From Octopus sinensis (lineage: Eukaryota): a DNA stretch of 64,000 bases. The stretch is from contig NC_043013.1 in the NCBI RefSeq assembly GCF_006345805.1, positions 1-64,000 of the forward strand. Direction: 5' to 3'. The notes beneath the pieces are model-generated. The model did not search any database and was not told where the DNA came from. It was given only the letters and a program-made list of their open reading frames with translations. The position numbers and the translations under genes were made by a program. Positions 49,970-64,000 of this stretch are shown in pieces. Positions within the stretch are counted from its first letter, which is position 1. Each line of letters opens with the position of its first letter.

Positions 49970-50494
49970 TATAGCTGAGATGGTAAATGTTTTTAATTTT
50001 CATTCCTTTCATGAATTTATCCATTTTTGTGTTTCTAGCACTACGCTTCTTTATTTGGAAGCCTTTTATTATATTATATATATGTATATATACATAATAT
50101 TAATAATAATAGTAAGGGAATATAATTCCAAACTTACAGGGAAAAACTCAATTTAGCAATTCTAAATCAAATTTCATGATATATAATATATGTATATAAT
50201 TTAGAGAAATAACCTCTATTAAGCAATTCAATAGTGAAAGACATTATCAATATTAAATAGAAAAAATTAAATATACTATAATAAATATTATTTAAAAAAT
50301 CAATAAATTAAATAAATACGCCCTATTGGGCAGTTTTTAAGCTAGCTCCTATGGAGGGCTCTTCATTAAGCCTTGGGCCCAACAATGACACTTTATGCAT
50401 TGAGTACATATTAAATTTTATTAAACTTGAACAATATTTTTCAAGCAATGAACAATTTTCATCAAAACAAGGATATAATTTGTCAACTTGGAAC

Positions 50495-50600
50495 TTATTG
50501 CAAAGCTTCATGATAAACAACATATTTTGTCGTCCCATTCGAGGAACAGTACAAATAGCTCATTTTCATTCCCTACCCTTGAACAACCAACATATAACTG
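50495..50600 (-). pseudogene. Helitron PIF1-helicase C-terminal remnant
   Basis: QLYVGCSRVGNENELFVL (frameshift) SSNGTTKYVVYHEALQ*, matching helicase motif VI and the usual Helitron C-terminus. Confidence 0.6.
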
Positions 50601-52151
50601 GCAACAATAAACTTACCTTTTAAAAGTCCAATGATAATTCTTCTGCCACCATTAATTTAAAGATAATTTGATATATGTCGGGCCTTACTTTTCGTACAAA
50701 CAATTATTTGTAGTATCTGGTACATATCTAAACCCCTGCTCATAGTTTGATGGAAAATTACACCACTGTCGCTAAAAACTATTTTAAAGTGCGATTCTTA
50801 TGGTTTGGAATTACTCTAAATGTATTTGACCATAAAGATGTTTGAAATTTCATATTTTTTAGTATTTTTTTAAGGTAATAACAAATTTAGTCAAATCTAT
50901 TTTCATGCAGTCAGAGTGTGCTAAGTTTCTATAGCTCTGACAGCCAATGGCTTGAAAACAGGTCTGCCAAATTTTTTTAATATCTGAAAAAATACTAAGT
51001 TTCCAACATTCTTATGGTAGAGAGTTGTGAAAAGTAATATTGTATGAGAGAGTGAGTTCAATATGTATTTCAGTTCCAAACATTATGGTTAAATTACTTG
51101 ATACAGTTATAATATTTAGAGAAAGATTCTTTCAAAATGTTTATTTAGGAAATTACTTTTGGAAATATTTATAATATTTAGATAAATATTTTTTTCAAAA
51201 TGTCAGGATTAAGAAAAATCCAAGAATGAAAAATAGAAGAGTCATTGAATAGTGAGAGAGAGGTAAAGCATGAGGAATAGTAGAAGTGTCATTGAATAGT
51301 GAGGGGGGGGGTCAGATGAGTAAAGTTGAAAAAGTGTGACACACTGACACATGTTTTTGCATTTATTATTATTATAAATATATATGTATATATGCACATA
51401 TATATATATATATATATATAAAACTATGTGTGTATCTTTGTGTCTGTGTCTGGTCCTACCACCATTGCTTGACAACTGGTATTGGTGTGTTTACATCCAA
51501 GTAAAAAAATTTCAGGGTGCTGCTCTAGCATGGCCACAGTCTAATTACTGAAACAAGTAAAAGATAAAACATAGCAGGAAAAAGGTTGAGAGAGAGAGAG
51601 AGAGAGAGAGGGAGGTGTATTGGTATGAATGAACATGTGATGCACTTGGAGGAAGGCATTGCACATACAAGAACTGAATGGAGCTGGTGGAAGAGAGAGA
51701 GCAAGGAAGATCTGAGATGAAGTGATGGAGACAGATCTAAAGCTGTTACACGTCATGAAGGGGATGACAAAGGACCGCAAATGACCGATAGCTTCCTGTG
51801 TTGCAGAAGAACCATTTGCCTGACCAAGACATAGACATGAAAATTATATTTCTATAAATACCAAAATGTATTGTAAGACCTATGTATATGTATGTATATG
51901 TTCCTATTGTCTAATCTACACCATTGAACCCTTAATACCTCTCATCCCACTAACACCCATATCTGTCATCTCTCACACTACATACCCCTATCATTTGTCT
52001 CTCACCCTTTCTAATGTCACCCTTGCCCCTTCCACCCGTACCTTCATCTTTCTTGTTTCCTGCACCCATGCTTATATTACTTATCTCTCAACCACTCCCT
52101 CTAATATCTACTGCAATGTACCATGCTGTCAGCGTGACTATAGACAGCAGT

Positions 52152-52189
<38 letters not shown>

Positions 52190-55100
52190 CTGTTCACCAT
52201 ACATTGCACTCCCTTGTCCATGCTGTTGTTATTCATCATCTGTTGACTATATATTGCATTTTCTGTGCCCTTGCTTGTTGCTCGGCTCTCAGACACTCCC
52301 TCTGCAATTCTCACTGGCCAACAACGTTTTCAGTGTGACAGAGAAATGGATCCCTTGTGTTTGTTATAGCTTTGTTGCCATTCAGTGTACGTAAGGATGC
52401 CACTGCACCTATTCTGACCTTCTTCCCCCATCACTCCCCTGCGCAGCTCACTAGAACAAGACCTACCAACTTTCACCCTGCCACCATCCTCTCCATCCAA
52501 CCCAAATGGCTACACAACACCAGTTCACTGACCCTTCACTCCCCCCCCCCCGTCATCAGCTCCATGTGACTGTCTGCCAGAACATTGTTACTCCTTTTCC
52601 CCTCACTCATCCTGAGCTTCTGTCATCATTATCTCCTGGCTAACATAACTTCTGTCCATGTGACCCAGGAGAGACATGGGGGTTTGAACTCCCTTTACTT
52701 GTGTCCAGGTTATCGCTACCACTTCAGCGTGCCCTCCAGCGTATGATGCTGAGACAACTCTCTAGACTTGCTGGTGACATACAAAGTAGAACCCAATCAA
52801 TTTTGTAAAAAGGTGTTAGAAAGGGCATCCAGCCATAGGAACCATGCCAAGAATGAAAGGCAAATGAGATGTCTCTCAGCTGTTTAGGTGCACAGCAACC
52901 TTCAGATACATTCTGATTGACTATGGCAACCCATCCACCTAACTCATGCCCACACAGAGAGATGTAAAAAGATGACAATGATGATAACGCACACACACAT
53001 ACCTATAGACATATGCATACATAAATACATATTAAAATACAAACACACACATATATAAACATAAATTTATATACACAAATATGCACATACACACACACAC
53101 GTATATAAATACAACAGGCTTTTTCCAGTTTCCATCCAAATCTACTATAGCCTGGGACCAGAGAAGACATTTACCCAAGGTACCATGCAATAGGACTGAA
53201 CAGAGAACCATGAGGTTGGATGGCAACCACACAACCACACCTGCACCCATATTATCATCATCATTTAATATCCTCTGTTCCATGATGGCACAAGAACAGA
53301 ATGAGCCAGGGGGACTTCACCAGATTCTAGGTCTACTTTGGCATAGTTTCCAGCACAGTGAGATCACTATGTGTGTGTGTGTGTATGTGTGTGTGTATGT
53401 GTGCATGTGTGTGTGTACATATAGACACACTTACACATACACATGCATAATCTTAATCCAAAGATAAGGCAACCAATATTCAATAAAGTACTCAATATAT
53501 ATTTCAATGTACAGTTTATATTTGTATGTGGTTCTGTATCTGATTCCAGCATAGCAACAGAATTCAAATGTAATTAAATTTATACATAGACTCGTCTACA
53601 TATAAATACACACATATACACAGATGCAGATATATATATGTGTGCATGCATGCATGCATATATATATATATACAAATATATATACATATATATATATACA
53701 TATACATATATACATATATATATAAATGAATGTGAATACACATGCATACCAACCTACAAATGGGCCTCAGTTATGCAATCTAAACACAGTAGAAAAGAAA
53801 AAAATTTTTTAAAGGTTAAGTAAACAAACAGACAAACAAATAAATACAAATTACACAATTTTATCGAATTGGAACAATAATCTGTGTAATCTGACATTGC
53901 TCGTTGGCTTCCAGGGTAACTGATAGCTGATCTTTTATTTCCACCTGAAACCTAATGTTATAATCAATGTTTATAGCCTGATACCACAACTACCTCTGGA
54001 TGCTTGTTCAATAGGTGACATACTCTGCATACAATACTAAATGCATTTTTGGTTCACACACACACATACTTACATATGCATATCCTTCTATATATATAGA
54101 TAGATACACACACACACACACACATATACACAGAAAATAGGAGTCAGAGAGATTCGTAATCCTATTCACTTCATTGTTCTCACAAAAATTTTATTCTTGC
54201 TTGTTGGCATGGAAATATCTCATGGAAACATGTTGGATTCCAGTATAATTCTTTGAATTTGACCAAAGGCATTTCCTACTTTGCAATCATTGTTTGAAGC
54301 ATCTAACGTGTATCCATGCGTCCAGCTTTAGCGGAGAAAAGCAAAATCCCTCTTCCATTCTGCAAAGTATTTTATAATAGCATGGAAAATCAGAAGATTG
54401 GAAAAGAGGTTACATTTGAAAACCTACATTAACTTCATGTTTAGAGCTGTCACCACCACCATCATCATCACTATCATAACTCTCTTTCATTTTCTGTCTT
54501 CATGTCATTGAAATGTCAGTGAGAAATTGTCACCTACAGAAGGGGTTGGGCCAACACTGAAACTTGATTTGTTGTAAAATAAGTTTGTAAAAATTGTAAA
54601 TATTTTTCCAAAGATTGCAGAGGAAATGATAATGGAAGGGTATTTAATTTCATTTATTGTGAGAATGAATGGGGATTCTGCTGCTGTTGCTGATGATGAT
54701 GATGATGATGAAGCATTTATTATGAGCATGTATAACCATGCTGTCACCTAATTGCTAACAGAAACATTTCCATGTTGCAGAGTGGTAGCAGTAGTAGTAG
54801 TAGTAGTCATGGCAAAATGCAAAGGAGGGAAGGAGAGTTTGTTATAAGTGCTCAAGCATTACTCCTTTATCCAATGTTAATCTGATGTCAGAGGGAGCAC
54901 TGCTCAGAACTGCATGTGGGAGAAAAAACAACTTTTTTTTTTAGATTTAAAAATGATGAAATGATATTTTGAGGATGGAAATATGAAGGATTTTCATTCA
55001 ATTCTAAAAAATTCTGAGACTTCTTCACATCATTTGAGTTTTTGGTATTTTGAAGAACAAAATTCCAAGTCAGAAATGGACAGAGATTGGCTGGCAAAGT

Positions 55101-58100
55101 ATTTCCTAATTGCTGACAAAAGGTCAAGATTGAAATGATTTCTTGTGAAGCTGAAGGTGACACCTGTAAGTCACACACCTGCTTTTACACAATGTACAAG
55201 AATGAAAATCTTACAAAGGTTCATTTTACATTTCATTCTTCCACATTTTCCATGTGTTTCTATGGTGACATGAGTTGGATGGTTCTCAAAGTGCCTTGCC
55301 ACATGTTGCAGACCTTCATAATTAGAAACACAGAAGAAAACTGCCAATGTCTGCCACTGATTTTACAAAATTTTGCAGGAGTGAGGGTGGGGTAGGCATA
55401 GTCTTTTAATGGCCTGAAGTGCTTCCCACTACCAAAAATGTTACAATATTCCATCAGGTCACCAGTGACAGAGAGATTATATGTGTCATGACTAAAGAGG
55501 CCTCATGGACTACATTAGTCTTTATTCAGGTAAATCTAAATAAAAACGTGGTTCAGTCCACTTCTCCATTCATTCCTCCCCTTTAACCAAAATTGACAGC
55601 TGATAAGCTAAATAACAATACTACACAAGAAATAATCCAAATGATTCTATCATTTACTTTTTCAAAAATTTATCTCCATAAGAATTTCTAATTATGGAAA
55701 ATATATTTTTATGTTTTGCTTGTGTTGAGGCAGTGGACTGAAAGGTTTATGCTTTTACTTTTCTTTGCCTGTAGGTCTTTGAAAGAACCATCAGTCATGT
55801 ACCAAAAGAATTCATAAAACTATAGAGTTAAGAAGTTGTTTTGCAACCAAAAAGTTCCAGATTTGATCCCACTGCACAACACTTTTAGCAAGTGTCTTCT
55901 ACATGACCAAGACCATGTGACTGGGATTTGGTGGAAAGAAACAGGATGGAAATTTGTGTGCATGCATGCATGTACATACATACATACAAGTAAATCATTT
56001 GCATGTAAGCATGAGTAAATCATTTGTTGATGCGTATCATCAGCTCAGGGTATAAATGTCACTAACAAAGCAGAATACTATAAAACAAGTGTACTGACTT
56101 TGACACACTGCCTGTCACTCTTGCAGTAAGCCAGTGATTGGTCCATCAGAAACCTATAAACCAATCAGCCTATTATTCACAAACTGAGACATAAAATAAT
56201 ATCAATAAACCTAGTGGTGGCCATGTACTAATCATCTGAACTACTAAAAGGACCAACACCTTGTATTATTGCATGGAATCTTTACAAAGGGTACTGACAT
56301 AAGCTGGTTCAAGTCCCTCTAGCTACAAATATCTACTACAGAGTGTCGCAGTTCACTTTTATGGGCGATAGGAGGAGCATTCTAAAGCTTACAAGCGTTT
56401 CAGTAGATTACAATGGAGCACACAGCGTGAAATCATTCCATGAAGACAAGGTTAGTTGTATGACAGACCTCGAAGGATTTTTTTTTTTTTTGATTCAAAG
56501 AATTTTAGCATTAAATATTGTAATTCTTTCTCAATATCACTGATATATATATAGATATTTGTATTACACAACTCATCTATTTGTTATGAGCTGAGATTTG
56601 TGAGAATGGTAAAGGAGGGTGCGGTTTGCTTCTTCTGGGATTAGCAAGTGAAAATCACATGTGGGGCAGTAACAACTTACGCCAGCAGCAATGAGAGCAA
56701 AAAAGTAGCAACAAGCTAATATTTATTTCCCCAGAGTAAAACTGAAGCCCAGACTGTGATTAATTAAAGAACAACATTTATAACATCCCATGCAGTTATG
56801 GAATGTTGCCATATAAAGAGAGAAAAGAAATAACCATTCTAGGAAGCAAAATATTGGTTCCATATTTTGGCAAAAGACCTGCAATTTTCAGAAGAGAAGG
56901 TAAATGGATTACATTGACCCCAGTGCACAACTGGTACTTATTTTATCAAGCCTGAAAAGATGAAAAGCGAAATTGACCTTGGTGGAATTTGTATTCTGAA
57001 CATAAAGACAGATGAAAGCCACTACGCATATGATTCTGCCAGCTCATTGCCTTAACTCCAAGGAAGTGTAATATTAAGGTTAGAAAATGTTAGAAATTTT
57101 TGGAAATAATGCTTCTGTGTCCAAACTAAGCTTTGGGATATGTATGTATGGAAGCAGTACACGAAAAAATTCAAGATGAGGTTAAGAGCCTGGAAATCTA
57201 AAATCCAACAATGCAATCAATATCAACAGTCACTCGTCACACTCTTATTTCACTGTGTTATTGTGATATTCATGTAATAGCAAAATATAGGATTGTAGAG
57301 ATGATGAGAATACAGAGGGGGACTAAATACTGTACAGCAAATAGTTTCTGTCTTCTTCAAAGAAGTCAAATGAGGTTGACTTAGTGTTTCACATTTCACT
57401 TCACAGTGCCTACCTACCTCAAATCACCTCTTGAAATCACACCCCAAATCACAGAAATTACAGAAAATTGTCTTGCATTATATGCAAAAAATATCAATGT
57501 ATAAAAGTACAAAATTTGTTACAAAGCCACAACTATAAGAGAATTGTAAATGATAAAGTCTTAAGGTTAACAACCAGAAGAGGAAAGACATAGAACTGAA
57601 AGTGAGAGGAAGACAATGGAATTGGAATGCAGGGTTGCTTTAGTCTATTTCTTGAATAATAGTTACACTTCATGCTAAACATATAAGCAATGGTAAAATT
57701 GCCAAGTGGGACTAAAAACAGTATATTTTTTAGTGATCCAAATACACCACCCATTCTGTTCACCTTCTGACCTTAACGTCTAAGCAATGAGTTTATACAC
57801 TGCATGTTTTGTATACTACAAATGATAAGAGGAAAGTTCTCATTTCATTATTCAACAATAGACATATTTAGAGCGGCACTTCATACATTTTTATAGATAG
57901 CATTGCAATTACTCCCATACTATTTTTTGCTTCCTTTTGTTCTTCCTCCTCCTCCTCCTCCCTTGCACCCCCCCCCTCGCTTCCTCCTGCATTTTCAGCA
58001 ATTACTCAGATCTGTTTTAAGTACTATGGTGAGTCAGACCCTCCTATTATATGTCAACTCCAACAATCACTTCCTATTATAGTTTTAAGTTCACTGGATG

Positions 58101-59659
58101 CCTTTGAATGATTCAACCTTATTTTTATTATTATTTTTTAATTTCCGAGGAATACTATGAAAATTGAAAAAGAAAGTATATTTACAATGCATCCATGCTG
58201 TCTTTGTTGTTTAGCCCAAGGTCAGCTCAAACTGAGCAAACCTACATTCAATAGTGTTTCAGCGACAAGCATCTTGTTTTTTCCTTTAAATAGAAAGGGT
58301 GCAATTTGAGGAATATTTGGTTGCTATTTTTAGTAGGCCAAGCAACCACATAGGGCAGCAATTTGTCTTGTAAAGATGAGATAACTGAGACAGAAATCAC
58401 TTGTTGAGTTGGAAGTTTGTATACTGCCAGAAACATTTCATTTTTGGTCTGTCTCTCTAGACATGGTGCTTAAGTCTACTTGCCTAAGATCATAATTGTC
58501 TTGCTTCAGAGATCAAGAAACAGACCTTATAATAAAAAGTTAACTGCAATGGACTAGCATCCTATCCCATGGCTGATATCCCTCTCATCCACTCAACATG
58601 ATTTGTTTTTAGCATACGGGATTAACTCTAAAGATGTAACCCTAATTAATTAATGTTTCCTGCATGCAGGACAAGGTACTAATCTATAATTACTAATTAC
58701 AAACCATAATTATTGATCAATTAGGTGGTTAAGATATTACATGACACTACTCATTTCATCCCTACCCCCACACATACGTTAAACACAAATTTATGTAGCA
58801 GAAGAGGGAAAGACATCCAACTCATTCCAATATTATATTACCAGAACTTAATTAAAATCTCTACAAAGCAAATCAACTTGCTAGAAATAGCAACCAAATA
58901 TCACCTAAACCACATATTACCATTTTAGAAATAGAAAAGACACTGTATATATTGGATTACATTAACCTATGTTCAGAAAAAAGAGGGGAAGTTTGAAGCT
59001 GTTTGATCAGGATTCAACTGGTGTTAAACAATAACTGATGCTTTGTTGTACAAGATCTGAAGGGTGAAAAGGCAAAGCTAGCTTGCCCCTTAATCATCAA
59101 CATCATTGAACAGCTGTTTTCAATGCTGAAATAACTTGCATTGGTTGACAGGAGCTGGTAAGCAGGAGAGCTGCATCAGGTTCTATGTGTCTGCTTGGGC
59201 ATGTTTTCTACAGCTGAATACCCTTCCTAATGCCAACCACTTTGCAGAGTGGACTGGGTGCTTTATACGTGGTGCCAGTACAGATGCTTTTTATTTTTAA
59301 GCATAGGTACAAGGTCTCAAAATTTGAAGAAGGGGAATTGTTGATCACATCAACTCCAGGATCTGACAGGTACTTTATTTAGTGAACCCAAAAGGCTAGA
59401 AAACAAAGTTAACTTCAGCAGGGTTTGAACTCTGAATGCAGAGTTGGGAAAAAAACTGCCAAGGCATTTTGCCCTGCATGCTCACAATTCTACCAATTAT
59501 ATAAGAATAATGTAATTGATAATGCCAAAACTTCAAACTAATTCTACAAGAGAGGCTCTAAATGGCCACTCAATGGAAAAGAAGCAGCAGTGAAACTCAC
59601 TTTTATTGCACACTGTGACTTCCAGCCTTCAACCAAAGCGTAAGGCATCTGGAGGGGTG

Positions 59660-59782
59660 TGGTGATCAGAGGGGGGGGGGTGATCTGGAGAGATAGGGTG
59701 ATCTGGAGGGATGGGGTGATCTGAAGGGGGTGGGTGATCTGGAGGGGTGGGGTGATCTTGAGGGGTGGGGTGATCTGGAGGA
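59660..59782. repeat. G-rich ~18-bp minisatellite, about 6 copies
   Basis: ggggtgatctggaggggt repeated with variants. Confidence 0.85.
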
Positions 59783-61361
59783 AGGGATTGTGCTAATGGC
59801 CTTCACAGTCTCAGAAGTGAAAAGAAATGTCAAAGGAATAATGGTAATATGACTAAAACAACCAAGAAACATTGGAACTGGAACCTAAATAACAGAACTG
59901 TGCAAGTATTTGAGATTTGATGAAATTTTGTCATTAAATCTGAGGGAATAAAACTTCAAAGTTCATTGGAAATCTTTATAGCGATGATGATGATGATGAT
60001 GATTTCTTATTTAGGCCTAAGGCCACACCATTTGAAGAAGCAACAGGGTTGTAAATAAAAACCAAAAAAAGGACCTCTTATACTACAACCTTCACCAAGT
60101 ATTTAACTGATACCAGTTTTATCAGCCCCAGAAGGAAGAAAAGCAGAATCGACCTCGGCAACAATTAAATGCAGAACGTAGAGGAATGTAACTAATACCG
60201 CAAGCTATTTTGTTTGGCACTCTACCAGCTCTGCCAACAACCGCCCCCAATAATAAAAACGATGGTTTTTGTACACTGAAACAATAATGTTGTCTGCTAA
60301 ATAATAAAGATGGGTAATGGTAATTTCTTACATTGAAACAAGCAAAAGATTTAGTTCCCATTTGCTGAATATTATAAAGCAAAGATAAGAGCTGGTCCCT
60401 TAAGACCTCTAAAGAACTTTTATATTATATCTAGATACCTATTTGAAGAATGCATAAATGATATGATATGCTTATTTATATAGAAATAGGTTGTCTTCTT
60501 TACTGCATTGCTATCTTTCATTTGTGAGTCTCTGACCTTGTTGTCGTTCACTTTTCTACAGTTTTACTGCACCATGAACATATTCTCTGTAAAAACTGCA
60601 TCAACAACATATCTTATTTTTGAGGCTGCTTCCATGATTACCGCTGTTTACTTTATGGATTCAGCCCAAATGAACCGAGGCTAAAATCAAACCTGTCATT
60701 CCCTCAATGAAATATAACTTCAGGCATAGCAGTTGCCCACTCGTTATTCAAATCTAGCCACAAGCGTCCTTGCTGAAACTTATGTAACATTGATACATAA
60801 ACTAAGGCAAGTCTTTAATCTGACAGACAGCCAGACAGAGCAAAAGAGAAAGACAGTGAGAAAGAAAAAGACGGAGAAATGGTAAGGATAAAAAGAAGCT
60901 GATTGATATGATAAAAACTGGTTGTTAATCCTTTGGCATTTAAATCAGTCACATCCTTTATGTTCAAACTGGCCAGATCTAGTAGGTGAGGGTTGGGGTA
61001 TGAAAGAAGGGGTGGGGAAGAGCACGTTCTTCTTGGAGGGAAGCTACATGGTTACTCAGATTTAGGAGAAAATAAGAAATCAGATGGCACCTCAAGGTAT
61101 AAGGAGAAATGGATGAAGATAGACAAGCGAACACACTGACACTCCTTTTTGTTATGACAACAAGGGTTCCAGCTGATCCGATCAATGGAACAGCCTCCTT
61201 GTGAAATTCACATGCAAGTGGTTGAGCACTCCACAGATACACATATCCTTAACGTAGTTCTCAGGGAGATTCAGCAGGACACAGAATATGACAAGGCTGG
61301 CCCCTTGAAATACAATTCATTTTTGCGAGCAGAGTGGAATGGAGCAACATAAAATTAAGTA

Positions 61362-61727
61362 GAAAATTACTATTTGTAAATCTCACAATGTGAGATATTC
61401 AGCAACAGTACTTTGGAGTAAAGATTATTTGCCAACATAACATGGCAGTTCTGGTTTAGGACGAATGTTGCTGTAATTTAGCCCCAGGAGACAGTCTCCA
61501 GCTGGCTATATGACACAATCTGTGTCCTTATATTTTTGAACAAGGGACTCAAAACAATATCTGTGTTTTGAGCTGAGTGTGGGGGGGGTGCTAGATTCCT
61601 TTGTTCAAAAATATGACACAGATCATGTCGTATAGCCAGCTGGTGACGATGTCTCCTGGGGCTAAATTACAGCAACATTCATCTTAAACCAGGACTGCCA
61701 TGTTATGTTGGCAAACAATCTTTACTC
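61362..61727. mobile_element. Second copy of the palindromic element, inserted into a minus-strand SINE
   Basis: Flanks cataaaattaagta (61348-61361) and catgaaataaagta (61728-61741), 12/14 identical; the host SINE resumes on both sides. Confidence 0.8.
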
Positions 61728-61972
61728 CATGAAATAAAGTATCTTGCCCAAGGACACAATGCACCACCAGGAACTGAACTCACAACCTTATAACTGTGAG
61801 CTGAATGCCCAAACCACTGACCACACACACATTCATGTGTATGTCCATGTGTGTTTTGGGTAAACTGACAAGAATTCTTTAGAATTATTTACAACACTAA
61901 AAAGAAACTCTCCAAAACTAAGCCTTCAACAAAGTGTCTTGCAACTGAGACCAGCAGAGGACTAACCCTTTA

Positions 61973-62015
<43 letters not shown>

Positions 62016-64000
62016 GGTTTTTTAGCTTATGAAATGAAGTAATATGTTGTTCTTGTTGTTCTTCTATAAAATACCACTAAACACATTGCCTCATGTGCCA
62101 GCAATTATATAAAATAGCAACAACAATACCAACAAGAACATATCCAGCTAAATATTCTGTTCTATGCTCAAAGCAGTTAGCTCCAATCTTTCACACCTAT
62201 CCTACAAGGTCCTTCTAAAAATAAACATCATCATCATCATCATCATCCAAAATCTCAAAGCTTCAAGGTAATGCATGTCTAATTCAAAACATTATCATCA
62301 TCATCATCATTGTTTAACGTCTGTTTTCCATGCTGGCATGGGTTGGACAGTTTGACTGCAGGCTGCAGAGCCAAATAATTAATAGCAAATATGAAGAGCA
62401 TATCACAGAAATAAGCTGTGAAACAACATTGCTGCTGACACAAGCTGTTAGTGTTGTTTAGCCCCAGGTCATCCCAGGTTAACAAGATCCGTGATCAAAG
62501 AGAGTCACACTAAAGACACAAACAACTGAATTTTTTCAGATTTTTCAGACACTGAATACAGGATGACATTTTCCAGTGTTTATTCCTTTTAAAAATAGTA
62601 GACTGTAATTGGAGGGATATCGGGTTGCTATTTCTAGTAAGTTGAACAACCATGCAGAGATGCTAACAAGATGGCTTCTAGTGGCACAAGTTCAATTCCT
62701 AAATGAGTCACCTCATTCTTTGTACCGGTAATTTCTAGCCACTGTGGTAGATGTACTGTCAGAATGACATGCTCTGAAGTCTTTGGTGATGACTCAACCT
62801 TTCATTAAAGGGCTACTGGCTATTTTCAGCACTTCCCCTTTATATGTGTGCTTTTGTCTATACATACACACACACACATGTATGCATACATTTGCACATA
62901 TACACACATATACACATTTACATATGTACATGCTGAATACACACATGCATGTACATATTACACGCATGCGTGCACACACACACATGCGTCCCTGTATTGA
63001 CCAGACTATTGGGTGTTATACATCACTTGCCACAATGCATTTCCTTGCATTGCTGTAGCTTTCAAATGATGCCACCCAACTGGAAGCTAGGCAGGCAGGC
63101 TTACATTTCTCCTGAGCCAAGTGAAATGGAACAAAATGAAGAGGTTTGCTGGACAACACAATGCACTGCTGGGATGGGAATCGAAAAAACCATGATTTTG
63201 TGATTATGAACGTAACACCCTGGCCACAAGGCCACGCACTATGTATCTGTGTGAGTGAGTGAGTGAGAATGTGTGTGTATGTGTATTGAGTTGTGGCAAT
63301 GCAGGAGTGCTCAATACACATTGTAGAGTATATGCTTTACTGAAACAGACTGTTTACACAGCAGAATGCAAGTGTGACAAGTCCAGTGATACTGCAATCT
63401 TCAGATGGATTCTTGCAGTCGTTTAAAACATTAGTCACAAGATAGGCATTCAATCATAGACATACAATGTTTGTTTGTGTGCACCTGTGTCGGCACCACA
63501 TAAAAAGCAGCCATGCTGGTGCCATGTAAAAAGCACCCAGTACACTCTGTAAAGTGGATGGAATTCGGAAGGGCATCGAGCTGTAGAAACCATTCTAAAA
63601 CAGACAAGTGGAGTCTAGTGCAGTTCCCCACATTGCCAGCTCCTGCCAAACCATCCAACTCAAACCAGAATGGAAGACAGATGCTAAATGATAATGATGA
63701 CAATGATGTATGGCCGTATGATTTAGAAGTTCATTTTGCAAGCGCATCATCTCCTGTTCAGTCACATCGTACAGCATCTAATGCTCATTTTCTACTCTAA
63801 TATCAAGCCACCCAACAGAAAATAGAAACTGTATCGAAGCTGCTGCTTCACATGCAATTACCTGTGCTAAAAACAGTATTGTGATGCTTATATTCATGGT
63901 CACCATTACAACCTATGGGTCTGCAGAATACCAAGCGTTTAGCAGAATACCAAAAGGTGAGGGCCAGCAACAGGAAGAGTATCTGGCTACTATTACATAC

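Larger units (their letters stand above)
49318..50075 (+). mobile_element. Non-autonomous PLE/retrozyme-like element: inverted segment plus 1.5-mer tandem of a 439-bp unit
   Basis: 214-bp direct repeats 49423-49636 and 49862-50075 (4 differences counted); inverted arms about 49318-49424 and 49626-49733; no coding capacity seen. Confidence 0.85.

Noticed and set aside
54170-55460. Repeat-poor region as coding exons
   Set aside because: The ORFs are short, with no recognisable motifs and no consistent splice phase.

Overview
AT-rich, repeat-dense eukaryotic DNA. The SINE and RTE-LINE families and the microsatellite load look like an Octopus (coleoid cephalopod) genome; this is recognition from memory, not a search. 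One host gene is well supported: a minus-strand C2H2 zinc-finger gene (14174-16579, 801 aa, one coding exon, 6 fingers, polyQ/polyP/polyH tracts), with a splice acceptor 109 nt upstream of the ATG and a TE-free, probable long 3' UTR. The rest is mobile DNA: tRNA-derived SINEs, RTE, CR1-group and R4/Dong-type LINE remnants, mariner, hAT and Helitron remnants, and Penelope-like elements (PLEs). The most interesting signals are: (i) six hammerhead-ribozyme (HHR) motifs in four different element families, including a non-coding 1.5-mer tandem/inverted element with a predicted 439-nt self-cleaved monomer and a tRNA-headed HHR SINE; (ii) a PLE with its RT and its GIY-YIG 3' end joined in opposite orientations; (iii) a 6.5-kb, about 98 x 66-bp array expanded from a VNTR inside an RTE 3' UTR, which explains the spurious 2,100-aa ORFs; (iv) a strand-biased cluster of 12 CAGGT motifs just upstream of the ZNF coding exon; (v) several long fold-back palindromes. 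All alignments and RNA folds were done by eye, so boundaries are approximate unless a TSD or codon fixes them.
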